In this document: positions 10,384 to 21,740 of the stretch, piece after piece
How the letters are laid out: every line of letters starts with the position of its first letter
Position numbering within the stretch: the stretch's first letter is position 1
Assembly (NCBI GenBank): GCA_002709075.1
Contig: PAPV01000014.1
Coordinates: 479 to 64,478, forward strand
From: Rhodospirillaceae bacterium
GTDB lineage: Bacteria > Pseudomonadota > Alphaproteobacteria > MPNO01 > UBA2964
DNA: 64,000 bases
Reading direction: 5' to 3'
Notes under the pieces: generated by a model
What the model was told of the DNA's origin: nothing
Databases searched by the model: none
What the model saw: only the letters and a program-made list of their open reading frames with translations
Translations under genes and position numbers: made by a program

Positions 10384-12600
10384 ATGGATATAAATTCAAA
10401 AAACATTGATATGGCAGATGCACTTGGCGAACGCTATCTTGCCTATGCATTGTCCACTATTACCTCTCGTTCTCTACCAGATGCTAGAGATGGGTTAAAG
10501 CCGGTTCATAGGCGGCTGCTTTTTGCTATGCGGCAATTAAGACTAAATCCAGATCAAGGTTTTAAAAAATGTGCCCGGGTAGTTGGAGACGTTATTGGGA
10601 AGTATCATCCACATGGTGATACTGCGGTCTATGATGCCATGGTTCGGCTTGCCCAGGAGTTTTCAGTTAGGTACCCTTTAGTTGAAGGGCAAGGTAATTT
10701 TGGCAATGTTGATGGTGATAGTGCAGCAGCCATGCGTTATACCGAGGCGCGGCTCACTGAATATGCACTTGCGATGTTGGAAGGAATTGATGAAGACGCT
10801 GTTGATTTTCGAGAAAATTATGATGGAACAGAGCAAGAACCGGTTTTGCTACCATGCTCTGTGCCCAATCTTTTGGCTAACGGGGCTGCAGGTATCGCAG
10901 TTGGAATGGCAACTTCTATTCCTCCGCACAATTTGGATGAGGTGTGTTCCGCTCTTTTACATTTAATAAAACATCCCAATGCGAGTATTGAAAAGTTAAT
11001 TCAAATAATACCAGGTCCAGACTTTCCAACTGGTGGGGTCTTAGTAGAGACCGGAGATAACATCAAAACTGCTTATTCTTCTGGCCGAGGTGGATTCAGA
11101 TTGCGTGCGCGCTGGGAAGAAGAAAAATTACAACGTGGCAAGTGGCAAATAGTTGTAAAGGAGATACCATATCAGGTTCAAAAAAGCAGATTGATAGAAA
11201 AAATTGCAGAACTCATGTATGAACGAAAGTTACCAATGCTGGAAGATATTCGTGATGAGTCAACTGCTGATATTAGATTAATCTTAACTCCTCGTTCGCG
11301 TTCCATAGAACCAAAAACTTTTATGGAGGCGATTTTCCAGTATACAGATTTAGAAACACGAATTGGTTTAAACATGAATGTCCTTGATGCGGGTACGGTT
11401 CCTCGTGTGCTCAATTTACGAGAAATTCTACAGAGTTTTCTAAACCATCGCCACGATGTCCTCGTTCGCCGTTCCAATTTTCGTCTAATAAAAATAGAGG
11501 ATAGATTACAGAAGTTAGCCGGCTACATGATTGTGTTTTTGAATCTAGAGGCAATTATTGCCATCATTAGAGAAGAGGATAATCCCAAACCACAGTTAAT
11601 GGAGCGCTGGAAATTGTCCGAAGTTCAGGCTGAGGCGATTCTTAATATGAGGTTGCGAAGTTTACGACGCCTGGAGGAAATAACTATTCGGGATGAAATT
11701 GCAAAATTAAAGCTTGAACAAAATCTTATTGAAGAAATCTTGGAAAATGAAAGTTTACGTTGGAAAAGGGTTGGAGAAGAAATTAGGAAGGTCAGAGAAA
11801 GTTTCGGAAAGAAAACAGATTTGGGGAAAAGGCGTACTAGCATTAGTGAAGCTCCAATTGCATCTTGTTTGAACTTTACGCCAATGATTGAATGCGAACC
11901 AATTACGGTGATATTTTCCCAGAAAGGCTGGATCCGTTCCTCGAAAGGACACCAAAATGATTTCTCCAATGTGAGATTCAAGGATGGTGATAATGGAAGG
12001 TTTATATTAAATGCGCATACTACAGATAAATTATTATTGCTTGGAACAAATGGTCGGTTCTACACGATCACTTGTGATAAGCTTTCAAGTGGTCGTGGGC
12101 ATGGTGAACCGCTCAAATTAATGATTGATCTTGGAAATGAGCATGACATAGTAGCAGCTTTAGTATTTGAGCCTGACTCAAAATTGGTAGTGGCTTCTAG
12201 TGATGGTCGCGGTTTTATCGTTGCACAGTCGGACACAATCGCCCAGACGCGAAATGGAAAGCAGGTTCTTAACATTACCGGTACAGTCGAGGCACAAGCT
12301 TGCAGTATTGTTCAGGGTGATACATTGGCTGTTGTAGGTGACAATCATAAACTTATTGTGTTTCCAATTTCTGAATTGCCGGAGATGTCGCGTGGGCGAG
12401 GAGTAAAGTTGCAAAGTTATAAAAATGGAGGGCTCTCTGATATACAGGTTTTCTCTCGGGAAAAAGGCATCAGATGGAAATCCGGTGAACGGACTCGGAC
12501 TGAGTCTGACTTAAGACTTTATTTTGGTAAACGGGCACAAGCAGGAAGGATTGCGCCGCGAGGATTCCCACGCTCCAATAAATTCGGGAGACTGGACTAA
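10384..12600 (+). CDS. parC: DNA topoisomerase IV subunit A
   Basis: 738 aa; [32 protein letters not shown] (catalytic Tyr); length and context fit alphaproteobacterial ParC rather than GyrA. Confidence 0.8.
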   Translation: MDINSKNIDMADALGERYLAYALSTITSRSLPDARDGLKPVHRRLLFAMRQLRLNPDQGFKKCARVVGDVIGKYHPHGDTAVYDAMVRLAQEFSVRYPLVEGQGNFGNVDGDSAAAMRYTEARLTEYALAMLEGIDEDAVDFRENYDGTEQEPVLLPCSVPNLLANGAAGIAVGMATSIPPHNLDEVCSALLHLIKHPNASIEKLIQIIPGPDFPTGGVLVETGDNIKTAYSSGRGGFRLRARWEEEKLQRGKWQIVVKEIPYQVQKSRLIEKIAELMYERKLPMLEDIRDESTADIRLILTPRSRSIEPKTFMEAIFQYTDLETRIGLNMNVLDAGTVPRVLNLREILQSFLNHRHDVLVRRSNFRLIKIEDRLQKLAGYMIVFLNLEAIIAIIREEDNPKPQLMERWKLSEVQAEAILNMRLRSLRRLEEITIRDEIAKLKLEQNLIEEILENESLRWKRVGEEIRKVRESFGKKTDLGKRRTSISEAPIASCLNFTPMIECEPITVIFSQKGWIRSSKGHQNDFSNVRFKDGDNGRFILNAHTTDKLLLLGTNGRFYTITCDKLSSGRGHGEPLKLMIDLGNEHDIVAALVFEPDSKLVVASSDGRGFIVAQSDTIAQTRNGKQVLNITGTVEAQACSIVQGDTLAVVGDNHKLIVFPISELPEMSRGRGVKLQSYKNGGLSDIQVFSREKGIRWKSGERTRTESDLRLYFGKRAQAGRIAPRGFPRSNKFGRLD

Positions 12601-12763
12601 TATTAGAAACACGAGAGCCATCAATATATTGGTGATTGTAAAAAAAAATTGAGAGCGCTTAATCTTGGGATTGTGATGCAAAAATCTTTTTGCTTATGCC
12701 AGCAATTTCTTAGAAATCTAGAGCATAAAGTTTTTCAGTATCAATCAGCCTTTTGTATGCTGG

Positions 12764-13492
12764 TTATAGGTTGATTATTTCCCATCCTTTTGGACCAAGT
12801 CCTTCAAGTGGCTTGAACCGCGTTTTGTATGCCATTTTAGGACTTTTTTCTACCCAATACCCCAAGTAAACAAACTTCTTATTGAGAAATTTGGCTAATT
12901 TAACGGTCCACAAGACCATGTAAGTTCCTAAGCTTCGTTCACTATTTGTGATATCATAAAAAGAATACACCGCCGAAACCGAGTCTGACTGGTAGTCCGC
13001 CAGTAATACTGCAACTAATTTTTGATTATGTTTTTGTCTAAACTCAATAGTATGTGTTTCTATCGGACTTTGTTCGATCATTGCCTTGTAATCTATGTAA
13101 CGCATATTTTCCATTTCTCCACCGCTGTGCCGTGATTGCTGATAGGTTTGAAACAGATGATACTGTTCTAGCGTTGCACGCGCTTCCAAATTCATAGAAA
13201 AAAGATCGTTGTTTCGTTTTAATGTTCTCTTGAAGCTTTTAGTCCAGAAAAAATTATTGACCTCAATGCGGACTGGAACACAAGCATTGCAATCAGGACA
13301 AGCGGGACGATAGGCAACATTATGACTGCGGCGAAAGCCAGCAATTGATAAACTATCGTACAATTCTTCTGCGTCTGGCTCACACAGTTCTGTTATAACT
13401 TTGCGTTCTATTTTTCCATCGAGGTAAGGGCATGAAAACTCCTTGGTTCCATGGAATATTTGTGTCGTCTTAACTGGTATAGACCTGCTCAT
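12764..13492 (-). CDS. bpt: arginyl/leucyl-tRNA-protein transferase family (Bpt-type aspartate/glutamate leucyltransferase)
   Basis: CPYL, GFRRSHN, YRPACPDCNACVPVRI (ATE_N) and C-terminal acyltransferase part; start trimmed to ATG 13492. Confidence 0.75.
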   Translation of the reverse strand: MSRSIPVKTTQIFHGTKEFSCPYLDGKIERKVITELCEPDAEELYDSLSIAGFRRSHNVAYRPACPDCNACVPVRIEVNNFFWTKSFKRTLKRNNDLFSMNLEARATLEQYHLFQTYQQSRHSGGEMENMRYIDYKAMIEQSPIETHTIEFRQKHNQKLVAVLLADYQSDSVSAVYSFYDITNSERSLGTYMVLWTVKLAKFLNKKFVYLGYWVEKSPKMAYKTRFKPLEGLGPKGWEIINL

Positions 13493-13822
13493 ATGTAAAT
13501 AATTATCTGAAAAAAGAAGTAACGACAGTACTATGGTTTTCCGAAAGCTGTTACGCAAGTAGTTTACGGTTTTTTTTTAATAAGGCGCGTTGAAGTTTGG
13601 GCAAAATATGAACCTATTTTCACTGATTTATTTAATTCATTAAATTAAATATTTAACCGACCATTCCATCATAAGTTTTTTTCTGCATGGCTGGAAGCAA
13701 GATGAAATTTACCTCAGCAGAATAGGTGTTTAACTACTAAAATAATGAGTTTTGGGAGAGACTGCTCTTGACGCAGTTCTTGTCGGGGGACAATTTAACG
13801 TCAGAAAAAAAGGGAGAGAAAC

Positions 13823-14245
13823 ATGACGGAAAACATTGTAGATCAGGAAAAGCTTCAGGAACGACTTGTTGCGAACAAATTTAATGCTTGGATGGGTTTA
13901 AAGATTACTAAGCTCGATGACCATTCCATAGAAATCACTATGAACTGGAGGGAAGAGATGATTTCAAATCCCAAGGCACGTTGGACACATGGTGGGATCT
14001 TGGGCGCGCTAGTAGACGTTACTGCAGACTTTATGATAGCTGCAAAAGTAGGTGCTCCAGCTCCAACTGTTGACTTAAGAACTGATTATCATCGTGCAGC
14101 CACGCCAGGAAACTTGAGGGCGGTTGGGAAAATCATTAAAATTGGTGGCACATTTTCCACCGCAGAGGCAGAGGTTTTTGATGCAGAAGGAAAGTTGGTC
14201 GCTAGCGGAAGGGGTGTATATTTTACTGCTTCAATTAAAAAATAG
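13823..14245 (+). CDS. PaaI-family hotdog-fold thioesterase
   Basis: 140 aa; HGGILGALVDVTADF motif and size. Confidence 0.7.
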   Translation: MTENIVDQEKLQERLVANKFNAWMGLKITKLDDHSIEITMNWREEMISNPKARWTHGGILGALVDVTADFMIAAKVGAPAPTVDLRTDYHRAATPGNLRAVGKIIKIGGTFSTAEAEVFDAEGKLVASGRGVYFTASIKK

Positions 14246-14312
14246 TTGGGTTTAAGATATTTTGTCCTTTATTTTCATCTTATAAAAATTTCTAGGTAGA
14301 GTAGATAAATCA

Positions 14313-14792
14313 ATGTCAATAAACCCCAAAGATTTTCGCAACACGGTCGGATTATTTGCGACAGGAATTACAGTCATCACCACAGTTGATGAGAATGGTA
14401 AAGCAATCGGGTTGACGGCGAATTCCTTTACATCAGTTTCTTTGAATCCGCCGATTATTTTGGTTTGCATTGACCGTGCAGTAACAAGCTTTTCTGCATT
14501 TCAAACTGCAGGAGAGTTTGCGGTAAATATACTTGGTTCCGAACAAACTGAATTATCAAACAAGTTCGCAACAAGTGGTGATGAGAAATGGTTGGGTGTA
14601 GAGTTTGAAACTTGGACGGGCAGAGCACCTATTCTTTTGAATTGCTTAGCCAATATAGAATGTCAAACCCGCGAAATACACGAATCAGGCGATCACATAA
14701 TTATTACAGGTGAAGTCAAAAGCTTAGCTTCAAAAGATGGTAATCCATTGCTTTATTGGCGAGGCCAATATGCACAATTAAAGTCGACATAG
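14313..14792 (+). CDS. flavin reductase family protein
   Basis: FRNTVGLFATGITVITT, GLTANSFTSVSLNPP signatures of Flavin_Reduct domain. Confidence 0.75.
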   Translation: MSINPKDFRNTVGLFATGITVITTVDENGKAIGLTANSFTSVSLNPPIILVCIDRAVTSFSAFQTAGEFAVNILGSEQTELSNKFATSGDEKWLGVEFETWTGRAPILLNCLANIECQTREIHESGDHIIITGEVKSLASKDGNPLLYWRGQYAQLKST

Positions 14793-14846
14793 AAATAGCT
14801 AGCCTGCAAACTAAGATACTTAAATTATTTTACCGCTTTACCAGAG

Positions 14847-15872
14847 TTATATTGCCTTGTGAGATTTTATTATTCGTGCAATTTCAATTGCTGCATATGT
14901 AAGAATTCCATCAGCACCTGCTCTTTTGTAGGACTTTAGTGATTCCAACATCAGTTGATTTTTCTGTGCCCAATCTTGTCTTTCAGCAAATTTAATCATC
15001 GCATATTCACCGCTCACCTGATAAGCAAATGTCGGCATGGCAAATTGGTCTTTAATCAACCTTAAAATATCAAGGTAGAAGACTCCAGGTTTAACCATCA
15101 GCATGTCTGCGCCCTCAGAAATATCCAGAGCAGCTTCTCTCAAGGCCTCATCACTATTTGCTGGGTCCATTTGGTAAGTTTTTTTATCTCCAGCAGCAAG
15201 ATTGAGATTGGAGCCTAGAGCATCACGGAACGGGCCATATAATGCAGATGCATATTTAACAGCGTATGATAAAATACGGACGTTTTGGAAATTTTCCTTC
15301 TCAAGAGACTGTCTTATGATTCCAACCCGGCCGTCCATCATATCTGAAGGTGCAATAATATCGCAGCCTGCTTTTGCTTGCACCAGAGCTTGCTTGCACA
15401 GGACTTCTAAAGTTTCGTCGTTCGTTACATAGCCATTTTTTACAAGTCCGTCATGACCATGACTGGTAAATGGATCGAGAGCGACATCACACATAATCCC
15501 AAGATCAGGATATTCCTTCTTAAGTGCTCTTACTGAACGACAAACAATGTTTTCTGGGTTCAGAGCTTCTTCTGCTTCTTCGGTCTTAAGTGATTTACCA
15601 ATTACTGGAAATATCGCGACCATTGGTATGCCGAGTTCGACCGCTTCTGCAACATCGTTTAAAAGAGAATTTATAGATAGACGATTTACTCCAGTGAGCG
15701 ATGGTATTTCTTCCCGATCAACATCCGAGTCTTGAACAAAGATCGGCCAGATTAAATCATCAATCGTTATATTGTTTTCCGCGATCAAACGTCTACACCA
15801 TGGGTCAGCGCGATTGCGTCTCATTCGAAGTTTTGGGAATGCGGGTGCAGTTTGAATATGATTTTTTATCAT
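14847..15872 (-). CDS. hemB: porphobilinogen synthase (delta-aminolevulinate dehydratase)
   Basis: RMRRNR, LIWPIFV, MVKPG (Schiff-base Lys), YQVSGEY signatures. Confidence 0.9.
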   Translation of the reverse strand: MIKNHIQTAPAFPKLRMRRNRADPWCRRLIAENNITIDDLIWPIFVQDSDVDREEIPSLTGVNRLSINSLLNDVAEAVELGIPMVAIFPVIGKSLKTEEAEEALNPENIVCRSVRALKKEYPDLGIMCDVALDPFTSHGHDGLVKNGYVTNDETLEVLCKQALVQAKAGCDIIAPSDMMDGRVGIIRQSLEKENFQNVRILSYAVKYASALYGPFRDALGSNLNLAAGDKKTYQMDPANSDEALREAALDISEGADMLMVKPGVFYLDILRLIKDQFAMPTFAYQVSGEYAMIKFAERQDWAQKNQLMLESLKSYKRAGADGILTYAAIEIARIIKSHKAI

Positions 15873-15884
15873 AATACCTGTAAT

Positions 15885-17171
15885 TCAAATTGATTTTAGA
15901 GCTTGATCTAGGTCTGAAATAATATCATCAATATGCTCTATCCCAATTGATAGACGAACATAACCTGGGGTAACACCGGCTTGTAACTGCTCGTCCGGAT
16001 TTAATTGTTGATGTGTTGTGGATGCGGGATGAATCGCCAGACTACGCGTATCACCAATATTTGCTACATGATAAAGCAGCTTTAGGGAGTCAATAAATTT
16101 GCTACCCGCTTCCTTACCACCAGCGAGCTCAAAACCAATAAGCGCTCCAAGTCCGCCATTTAAGTGTTCTTTCGCTCTTCTCTTTGCTTCGCCTGTCATC
16201 AGGCTAGGATGAATTACTTTTGTAACATCTTTATGTCCGTTTAAATATTTGGCTACTTTTTCTGCATTTTCACAATGGGCTCGAATTCGTAAAGGTAGTG
16301 TCTCCATACCTTGAATAAACATAAACGCATTAAATGGGCTCATTGCTGTTCCCATATCCCTCAACTGAGTAACCCTTGCCTTTATAATGTAGGCAATTGG
16401 ACCCAGTGGCTTGACTGCATCAGTCCAGACGGCACCGTGGTAACTAGGGTCCGGTTGGGTCAACATCGGAAAACGTTCACCATGTTTTTCCCAGTCAAAA
16501 TTCCCACCATCTATTATAATACCTCCAATAGACGTTCCATGTCCCCCAATATATTTTGTTGTGGAATGAACTACAATTGCTGCACCATGTTCAATTGGTT
16601 TGCAGATTATAGGTGCAGCAGTGTTATCAACAATCAGAGGAACTCCTAGCGACCTTCCAATTTCTGCGACTTCTTTAATAGGAAATACCTCAAGTTTTGG
16701 ATTTGGAAGTGTTTCTGCGAAATAACATCTTGTTCGTTCATCTGTTGCTTCGCGAAATGCCTCAGGATTATCTGGGTTAACATACCGGACCTCTATTCCA
16801 AAAGTGCTTAAGGTATTCTGAAACATATTCCATGTGCCACCGTAAAGATTAGTGGAACTAACGAAATTATCCCCTGCATGGCAAATGTTAGTAATTGCTA
16901 CAAGTTCTGCCGCTTGCCCAGAGCTCATTGCAAGTCCGGCAACTCCTCCTTCAAGAGCGGCAAGTCTCTCTTCAAGAACTGCGGTGGTCGGATTCATTAT
17001 CCGAGTATAAATATTACCAAAATCCGATAAAGAGAACAAATTGGCAGCATGCTCCGTACTGTCAAACTCGTACGATGTAGTTTGGTGAATTGGAACAACT
17101 ACAGAATTTTGTGTGGCATCTTTTCTCCATCCGGCGTGTAATGCGATAGTCTCAGGATGTTTGCTCTTCAT
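15885..17171 (-). CDS. metY: O-acetylhomoserine aminocarboxypropyltransferase (sulfhydrylase), PLP-dependent
   Basis: 428 aa; ETIALHAG, HQTTSYEF, STTKYIGGHG (PLP Lys) signatures. Confidence 0.8.
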   Translation of the reverse strand: MKSKHPETIALHAGWRKDATQNSVVVPIHQTTSYEFDSTEHAANLFSLSDFGNIYTRIMNPTTAVLEERLAALEGGVAGLAMSSGQAAELVAITNICHAGDNFVSSTNLYGGTWNMFQNTLSTFGIEVRYVNPDNPEAFREATDERTRCYFAETLPNPKLEVFPIKEVAEIGRSLGVPLIVDNTAAPIICKPIEHGAAIVVHSTTKYIGGHGTSIGGIIIDGGNFDWEKHGERFPMLTQPDPSYHGAVWTDAVKPLGPIAYIIKARVTQLRDMGTAMSPFNAFMFIQGMETLPLRIRAHCENAEKVAKYLNGHKDVTKVIHPSLMTGEAKRRAKEHLNGGLGALIGFELAGGKEAGSKFIDSLKLLYHVANIGDTRSLAIHPASTTHQQLNPDEQLQAGVTPGYVRLSIGIEHIDDIISDLDQALKSI

Positions 17172-17251
17172 TTAATTCTCCATGCGCTATGGTTCCTAAT
17201 AAAAACATACATTATGTTTTTTCATGATTTTGTTTTTCTGCCAACGATATT

Positions 17252-18505
17252 TTACTTTAAATTTTTCTTAATTTCTTTTGAACGACCCGCTAAAATAGCT
17301 GTTATTCCCGCTCCGGCAATGAAAATTAGGGCTACGGTGTAAAATCCTTCTCCGATATTCCCTCCTGCGATATCAATTATAAACCCGGCAAGAAACGGAA
17401 TTAAACAAGCACTGAAGCGATTAGCAGTTGTTCGTAACCCAACACTGAGGCCAAACTGTGGTGTTGGCACACTTTGTGAAAGTAATGATAAGATGTATGC
17501 CATACCGAGACCAACGCCGGCTCCAAATATTACAGTCGAGAATATCAATCCGCTTATACTTTCAACCATATTAACTATCCCGTTGCCGATTGCTGATAGT
17601 AAAATCATCAGTAAAACAATCCATTGGGGTTTAAAAAACCTACGTGCTTGCTCTGTGGGTAGAGCAGTTACACCCGCTACAAGGAAGGCAAAGCCAGTTA
17701 CGAAACCGATTACAGTACCCTCATATCCTATTGTTTCCATGTAAACAGAGAGAAAGTTCATACGAAGTTGAATAAGTCCGTTCATTAAGAAAGAACAGGT
17801 TACTACGAAAGCAACAGATGGCATAAGTAGCAGTTGAAGCGCTTTATTGTAATCTTTAAACTTTGGCAAAACATCATTTATTTTTGGCTGATGCATAGGA
17901 GTTTTTATCCCCATAGCGATTGGCATTGACGCAATAGAAAACCATAATGCCATATTCCATGCTGCAACTGCACCAAAAGCTAACCAAGCACCCCCTATTG
18001 ATGAGCTTTGTCCGAAGTCCCAACACCAGCCAGCAACAAGAGGGGTAATAAAATTTGAAAAATTTGAAACAGACACAAAACGGCCCATGTGCTTGGGTGA
18101 ACCTTGGGTAAGTTGTCCGATTTGGGTTTGTGCGCCTATCCAACCGATAGTGTGAAGGAACCCACTTACCAACTGCAACATAATAAGCAGTAAAAACTGA
18201 ATCTGGTTAGAGTCTGTAACAATTGGAACACTTGGATATAAAAGCATTAAAAATATATTTGTTGCGGCGCATAAAGTTCCGACTTTTTTTACGCCTAAAC
18301 GGTCTAGAAGTGCACCACTATGAATCGAAAAAAAAGTTGCTAAGAAAGCCCGAGCCCCCGCAATAAGACCGATTTGTGTAGCAGGCATGTTTAATTCTAC
18401 AACACACCAGAGTGGAACTAACATTTGCACCATAGGTAACATCCCAATGCTAATAAATGCAGTGGAATAGGCGGAGAGTTCAGACCTTAAAGAAAGTTTT
18501 TTCAT
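17252..18505 (-). CDS. MFS transporter
   Basis: 417 aa, about 12 hydrophobic segments, GALLDRLGVKK loop 2-3 motif. Confidence 0.7.
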   Translation of the reverse strand: MKKLSLRSELSAYSTAFISIGMLPMVQMLVPLWCVVELNMPATQIGLIAGARAFLATFFSIHSGALLDRLGVKKVGTLCAATNIFLMLLYPSVPIVTDSNQIQFLLLIMLQLVSGFLHTIGWIGAQTQIGQLTQGSPKHMGRFVSVSNFSNFITPLVAGWCWDFGQSSSIGGAWLAFGAVAAWNMALWFSIASMPIAMGIKTPMHQPKINDVLPKFKDYNKALQLLLMPSVAFVVTCSFLMNGLIQLRMNFLSVYMETIGYEGTVIGFVTGFAFLVAGVTALPTEQARRFFKPQWIVLLMILLSAIGNGIVNMVESISGLIFSTVIFGAGVGLGMAYILSLLSQSVPTPQFGLSVGLRTTANRFSACLIPFLAGFIIDIAGGNIGEGFYTVALIFIAGAGITAILAGRSKEIKKNLK

Positions 18506-18837
18506 GGATGGAAAAATAGTTTCCGATCTCTTGATTTTTCCGGTGTGTTCATTTTCAATAATGTTTTAAATAAAGTTATATAAGAAAATGACCTATAATC
18601 TATGGTTTCTTACCAAAATTAGTGAACTCAGCTTCGATTAGGTTTAATAGTTAAGACTATGTAAATAGATCGGATTAAAGGGGTTTTAACTAATACACTT
18701 TTATGAATCTGTTACTTTTGCGTGTTAAAAAATGCAGAAAAGGAAATTTTTTTCATGAAATTTGAAGTGGAAAGAGATTTCTTTGTGGTCTAAAAACACA
18801 AGAAGGTAACAAAAACTTTGATTGAGGAATAGTTTTT

Positions 18838-19656
18838 ATGCCAAAAATCTTGTCAACCAATCAACTGGCTACTTATCGTCGTGATGGATTTATAGCACCC
18901 ATAGATTGCATTTCACCGGAACAGGCTAGAAGTTACCTAAAAATATGTGAGAAATTTGAGGAAGAATCTGGAGAAAATGTCACTGATAGGTTGCGTGTAC
19001 GTGCAGTGCTTGGTTTAAAATGGTTACTCGATCTTGCTAGAGGCCCGGTAATCTCCGGCGTTTTGGAAGATACTATTGGGTCAAATGTCATACTATTTTT
19101 GTCGGCATTTTGGTCCAAGTCACCCCACACTGGTAAATTTGTGTCATGGCATCAAGATGGAGCGTATAATCCGTTTGATAGAAATTTGGGTGCTACAGTA
19201 TGGCTGGCTCTCACTGATGCAACTGAGGAAATGGGCTGTATGCATTTTATTCCTGGCAGCCAAGTTAATCCAAACATTGTTCATAAGGAGACGTTCGCAG
19301 AGGATAATCTTCTTTCACGCGGACAAACAGTTTTAGATGTTGATGAGAGTGACAGTATTGCAGCACCAGTAATGGCAGGACAACTTTCCGTTCATCACGA
19401 GATGGTGGTGCACGGATCTGGTCCCAATAAGTCCAATAAACGTCGCTTAGGAATATCTTTATCCTGTGTACCATCGGAAGCAGTTCCTTTATCAGGCTTA
19501 AAAACTGGAGTTTTAATTTCTGGAAATCCTCTTAATTGGAAACTTAACAAAGAACCTGCGTTCGATTTTGATCCTGAGGGCATGGCGGAATTATTGAGAG
19601 TGCAAAAGGCCTATCGTAATCCTCAATCCACTATTCTGGCTCAGGATGTAATATAA
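18838..19656 (+). CDS. phytanoyl-CoA dioxygenase (PhyH) family Fe(II)/2-oxoglutarate oxygenase
   Basis: YRRDGF, WHQDG (HxD), HHEMVVHGSGPN (distal His) motifs. Confidence 0.7.
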   Translation: MPKILSTNQLATYRRDGFIAPIDCISPEQARSYLKICEKFEEESGENVTDRLRVRAVLGLKWLLDLARGPVISGVLEDTIGSNVILFLSAFWSKSPHTGKFVSWHQDGAYNPFDRNLGATVWLALTDATEEMGCMHFIPGSQVNPNIVHKETFAEDNLLSRGQTVLDVDESDSIAAPVMAGQLSVHHEMVVHGSGPNKSNKRRLGISLSCVPSEAVPLSGLKTGVLISGNPLNWKLNKEPAFDFDPEGMAELLRVQKAYRNPQSTILAQDVI

Positions 19657-19964
19657 AATCCATTTTTTATAAAAAGTTTAATTTTCTCACTGTGGCTAAT
19701 TTTTTGGATTTTGGCCAAACCATGGCATATTTCGGGGTAAAATAATATTTCTGTATTTAATAATTTACCTGAATGTTTAACTATATATTACAAGTTAGTA
19801 ACTTTTGGCGCCAAAATGTTGGACGCCCAGTTTTGGTTTGGTAGAGCTTTTGTTACTTTTATTACTAAGATAACTTGAATTAAGTTTATCCTTTTTGTAT
19901 TTTGATATTTAATTTTGGGTGTCAGCTATTTTGTACATCCGACAAAAGAAACCGGAGGAAAGTT

Positions 19965-21089
19965 GTGGACACTACTGCAGACGAATTTAGATCAAAAGTA
20001 GATGATAGGCCTTTTTTGTCAGACCCCTATCTCGATTGGGCGGAGGCACAAAATATCGAAATTGTCGAGGATTTTGGTATTCATTTGCCTGATGTACCTG
20101 TGAAACCTTGGGATCACTTCGAATGTAATGGTGGATTAGCCCATTTAAAGGGTCGTGGAGATTGGTTGGCTGTTTTCGTTCTGGAATTACCGCCTGGCGG
20201 CAACACACGACCTCGCAATCATATGTTTGAAGAAGTATATTACGTGTTGTCCGGTACCGGTTCGACTCAGGTAGAGTTGTCGGATGGTTCAAAGCACAGC
20301 TTTGAATGGAATCAGGGTAGTATGTTTGCTGTTCCGTTAAATGCTAAGTACCAACATTTTAATGGTTCAGGCCAAGAACCAGCTCGTTTATCATCGACTA
20401 ATAATTCGCCTATGATCATGAATGTGTATCATGACCATGAATTTGTGTTTTCCAATGATTATAAATTTAAGAGTAGAGAGGGAACTGATAATTATTTCTC
20501 TGGAGAAGGTACTTTTTTACCAAAGCGACCTGGACGTCACATGTGGGAAACGAATTTTGTCCCTGATTTGAGAAGCTTTGAGCTTCAAAAATGGAATGCT
20601 CGAGGTGCTGGTGGTTCTAACATGATGTTTTGTTTGGCAGATGGTGCGATGCATGCGCACATATCTGAAATGCCGGTCGGCACTTACAAGAAGGGCCATC
20701 GTCACGGTGCTGACTTCCATGTAATGTGTGTAACAGGTCATGGTTATTCTCTTTTATGGTATCAGGGTGATGAGGAGCCAACAAAGGTTAATTGGGCACA
20801 TGGAACAGTTTTTGCGCCGCCAGATATGATGTTCCATCAGCATTTTAACGCTGCACCTAATCCCTCCAGATATTTAGCAATTGCATGCGGAGGCCTGCGG
20901 TATCCACTCATGGAAGAAAAACGTAGAATTTTTATGGGAATGGATGTGGATGTAAATAAAGGAGGAGCACAAATTGAATACGAGAACCAAAACCCACGGA
21001 TCCATCAAATCTTTCTCGAAGCCATGAAAAAAGCGGGGGCAAAGTCTAAGATGGGTGAATTTATCGACGAATCACAGTACAAAATTTAA
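19965..21089 (+). CDS. bicupin protein, C-terminal cupin with metal-binding His residues
   Basis: GHRHGADFHVMCVTGHG and PPDMMFHQHFN cupin motifs; start moved to GTG 19965, 5 nt after GGAGGA (19954-19959). Confidence 0.6.
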   Translation: MDTTADEFRSKVDDRPFLSDPYLDWAEAQNIEIVEDFGIHLPDVPVKPWDHFECNGGLAHLKGRGDWLAVFVLELPPGGNTRPRNHMFEEVYYVLSGTGSTQVELSDGSKHSFEWNQGSMFAVPLNAKYQHFNGSGQEPARLSSTNNSPMIMNVYHDHEFVFSNDYKFKSREGTDNYFSGEGTFLPKRPGRHMWETNFVPDLRSFELQKWNARGAGGSNMMFCLADGAMHAHISEMPVGTYKKGHRHGADFHVMCVTGHGYSLLWYQGDEEPTKVNWAHGTVFAPPDMMFHQHFNAAPNPSRYLAIACGGLRYPLMEEKRRIFMGMDVDVNKGGAQIEYENQNPRIHQIFLEAMKKAGAKSKMGEFIDESQYKI

Positions 21090-21149
21090 TTTCTTTTTTT
21101 TGAAATAAAAATGCACTAAAAGCTACGAGTTGCTGCAGAATATATGCAG

Positions 21150-21740
21150 TTACGCTATCCAATGTAGATTGGCTTTTTCAATGTTAAACCACGCTCCATG
21201 AAGCGACAATTTTGAATTCAAAATAGCTTTTTCAACGAAAGGGTACACTTTTAAGTTGTTTAAAGACTGTTGGATACTAATCTTCTCCAATTTGGTTTGG
21301 GATGCATCTACATCAACGACGGTTTTACACGCCGGTTTCAAGTTATCTACCCATTTTACAATATTTTCTTCAATATTTTGTCCCTTCCCTATAGCTAACG
21401 CTGCGGCCACGCCGCCACAATTGCTGTGTCCCAGAACTAAAATTCTTCTCACGTGAAGAATTTTGACGGCGTATTCTAACGCTGCCAAAGTACAGTGTGA
21501 AGATGCGCAAGAAATTTCATAGGATGGTATTATATTTGCAACGTTACGAATTACAAATAATTCGCCCGGTGCTGCGTTAAATATCAAATTCGGGTCAATT
21601 CGTGAGTCAGCACAAGTAATAACCATAGTTTCAGGCGATTGTATGTCTGATAAACTTTCAAATAATTCCATATCTTTTTCTAAAAGTTTGGATCGGAATC
21701 GTTGATAACCGGAATTCAATGAGTCAGGTGGCCGCGTCAT
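21150..21740 (-). CDS. beta-class carbonic anhydrase
   Basis: CADSRIDP, FVIRNVAN, LGHSNCGGV zinc-ligand motifs; ATGA overlap with upstream gene. Confidence 0.85.
   Translation of the reverse strand: MTRPPDSLNSGYQRFRSKLLEKDMELFESLSDIQSPETMVITCADSRIDPNLIFNAAPGELFVIRNVANIIPSYEISCASSHCTLAALEYAVKILHVRRILVLGHSNCGGVAAALAIGKGQNIEENIVKWVDNLKPACKTVVDVDASQTKLEKISIQQSLNNLKVYPFVEKAILNSKLSLHGAWFNIEKANLHWIA

Noticed and set aside
12693-12735. Inverted repeat TTATGC/GCATAA between convergent parC and bpt as a bidirectional terminator
   Set aside because: It has only a 6-bp AT-rich stem with a loop of about 23 nt, which is too weak to call.
17172-17251. Possible SAM-II/SAM-V riboswitch in the 80-nt leader of metY
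   Set aside because: On the gene strand I see only an AT-rich hairpin (AAAAACATA-ATG-TATGTTTTT), which looks like a weak terminator for the upstream MFS gene, and a 4-bp CCAT/ATGG hairpin at the RBS. I could not recognise the pseudoknot consensus. An Rfam covariance search is needed to decide.
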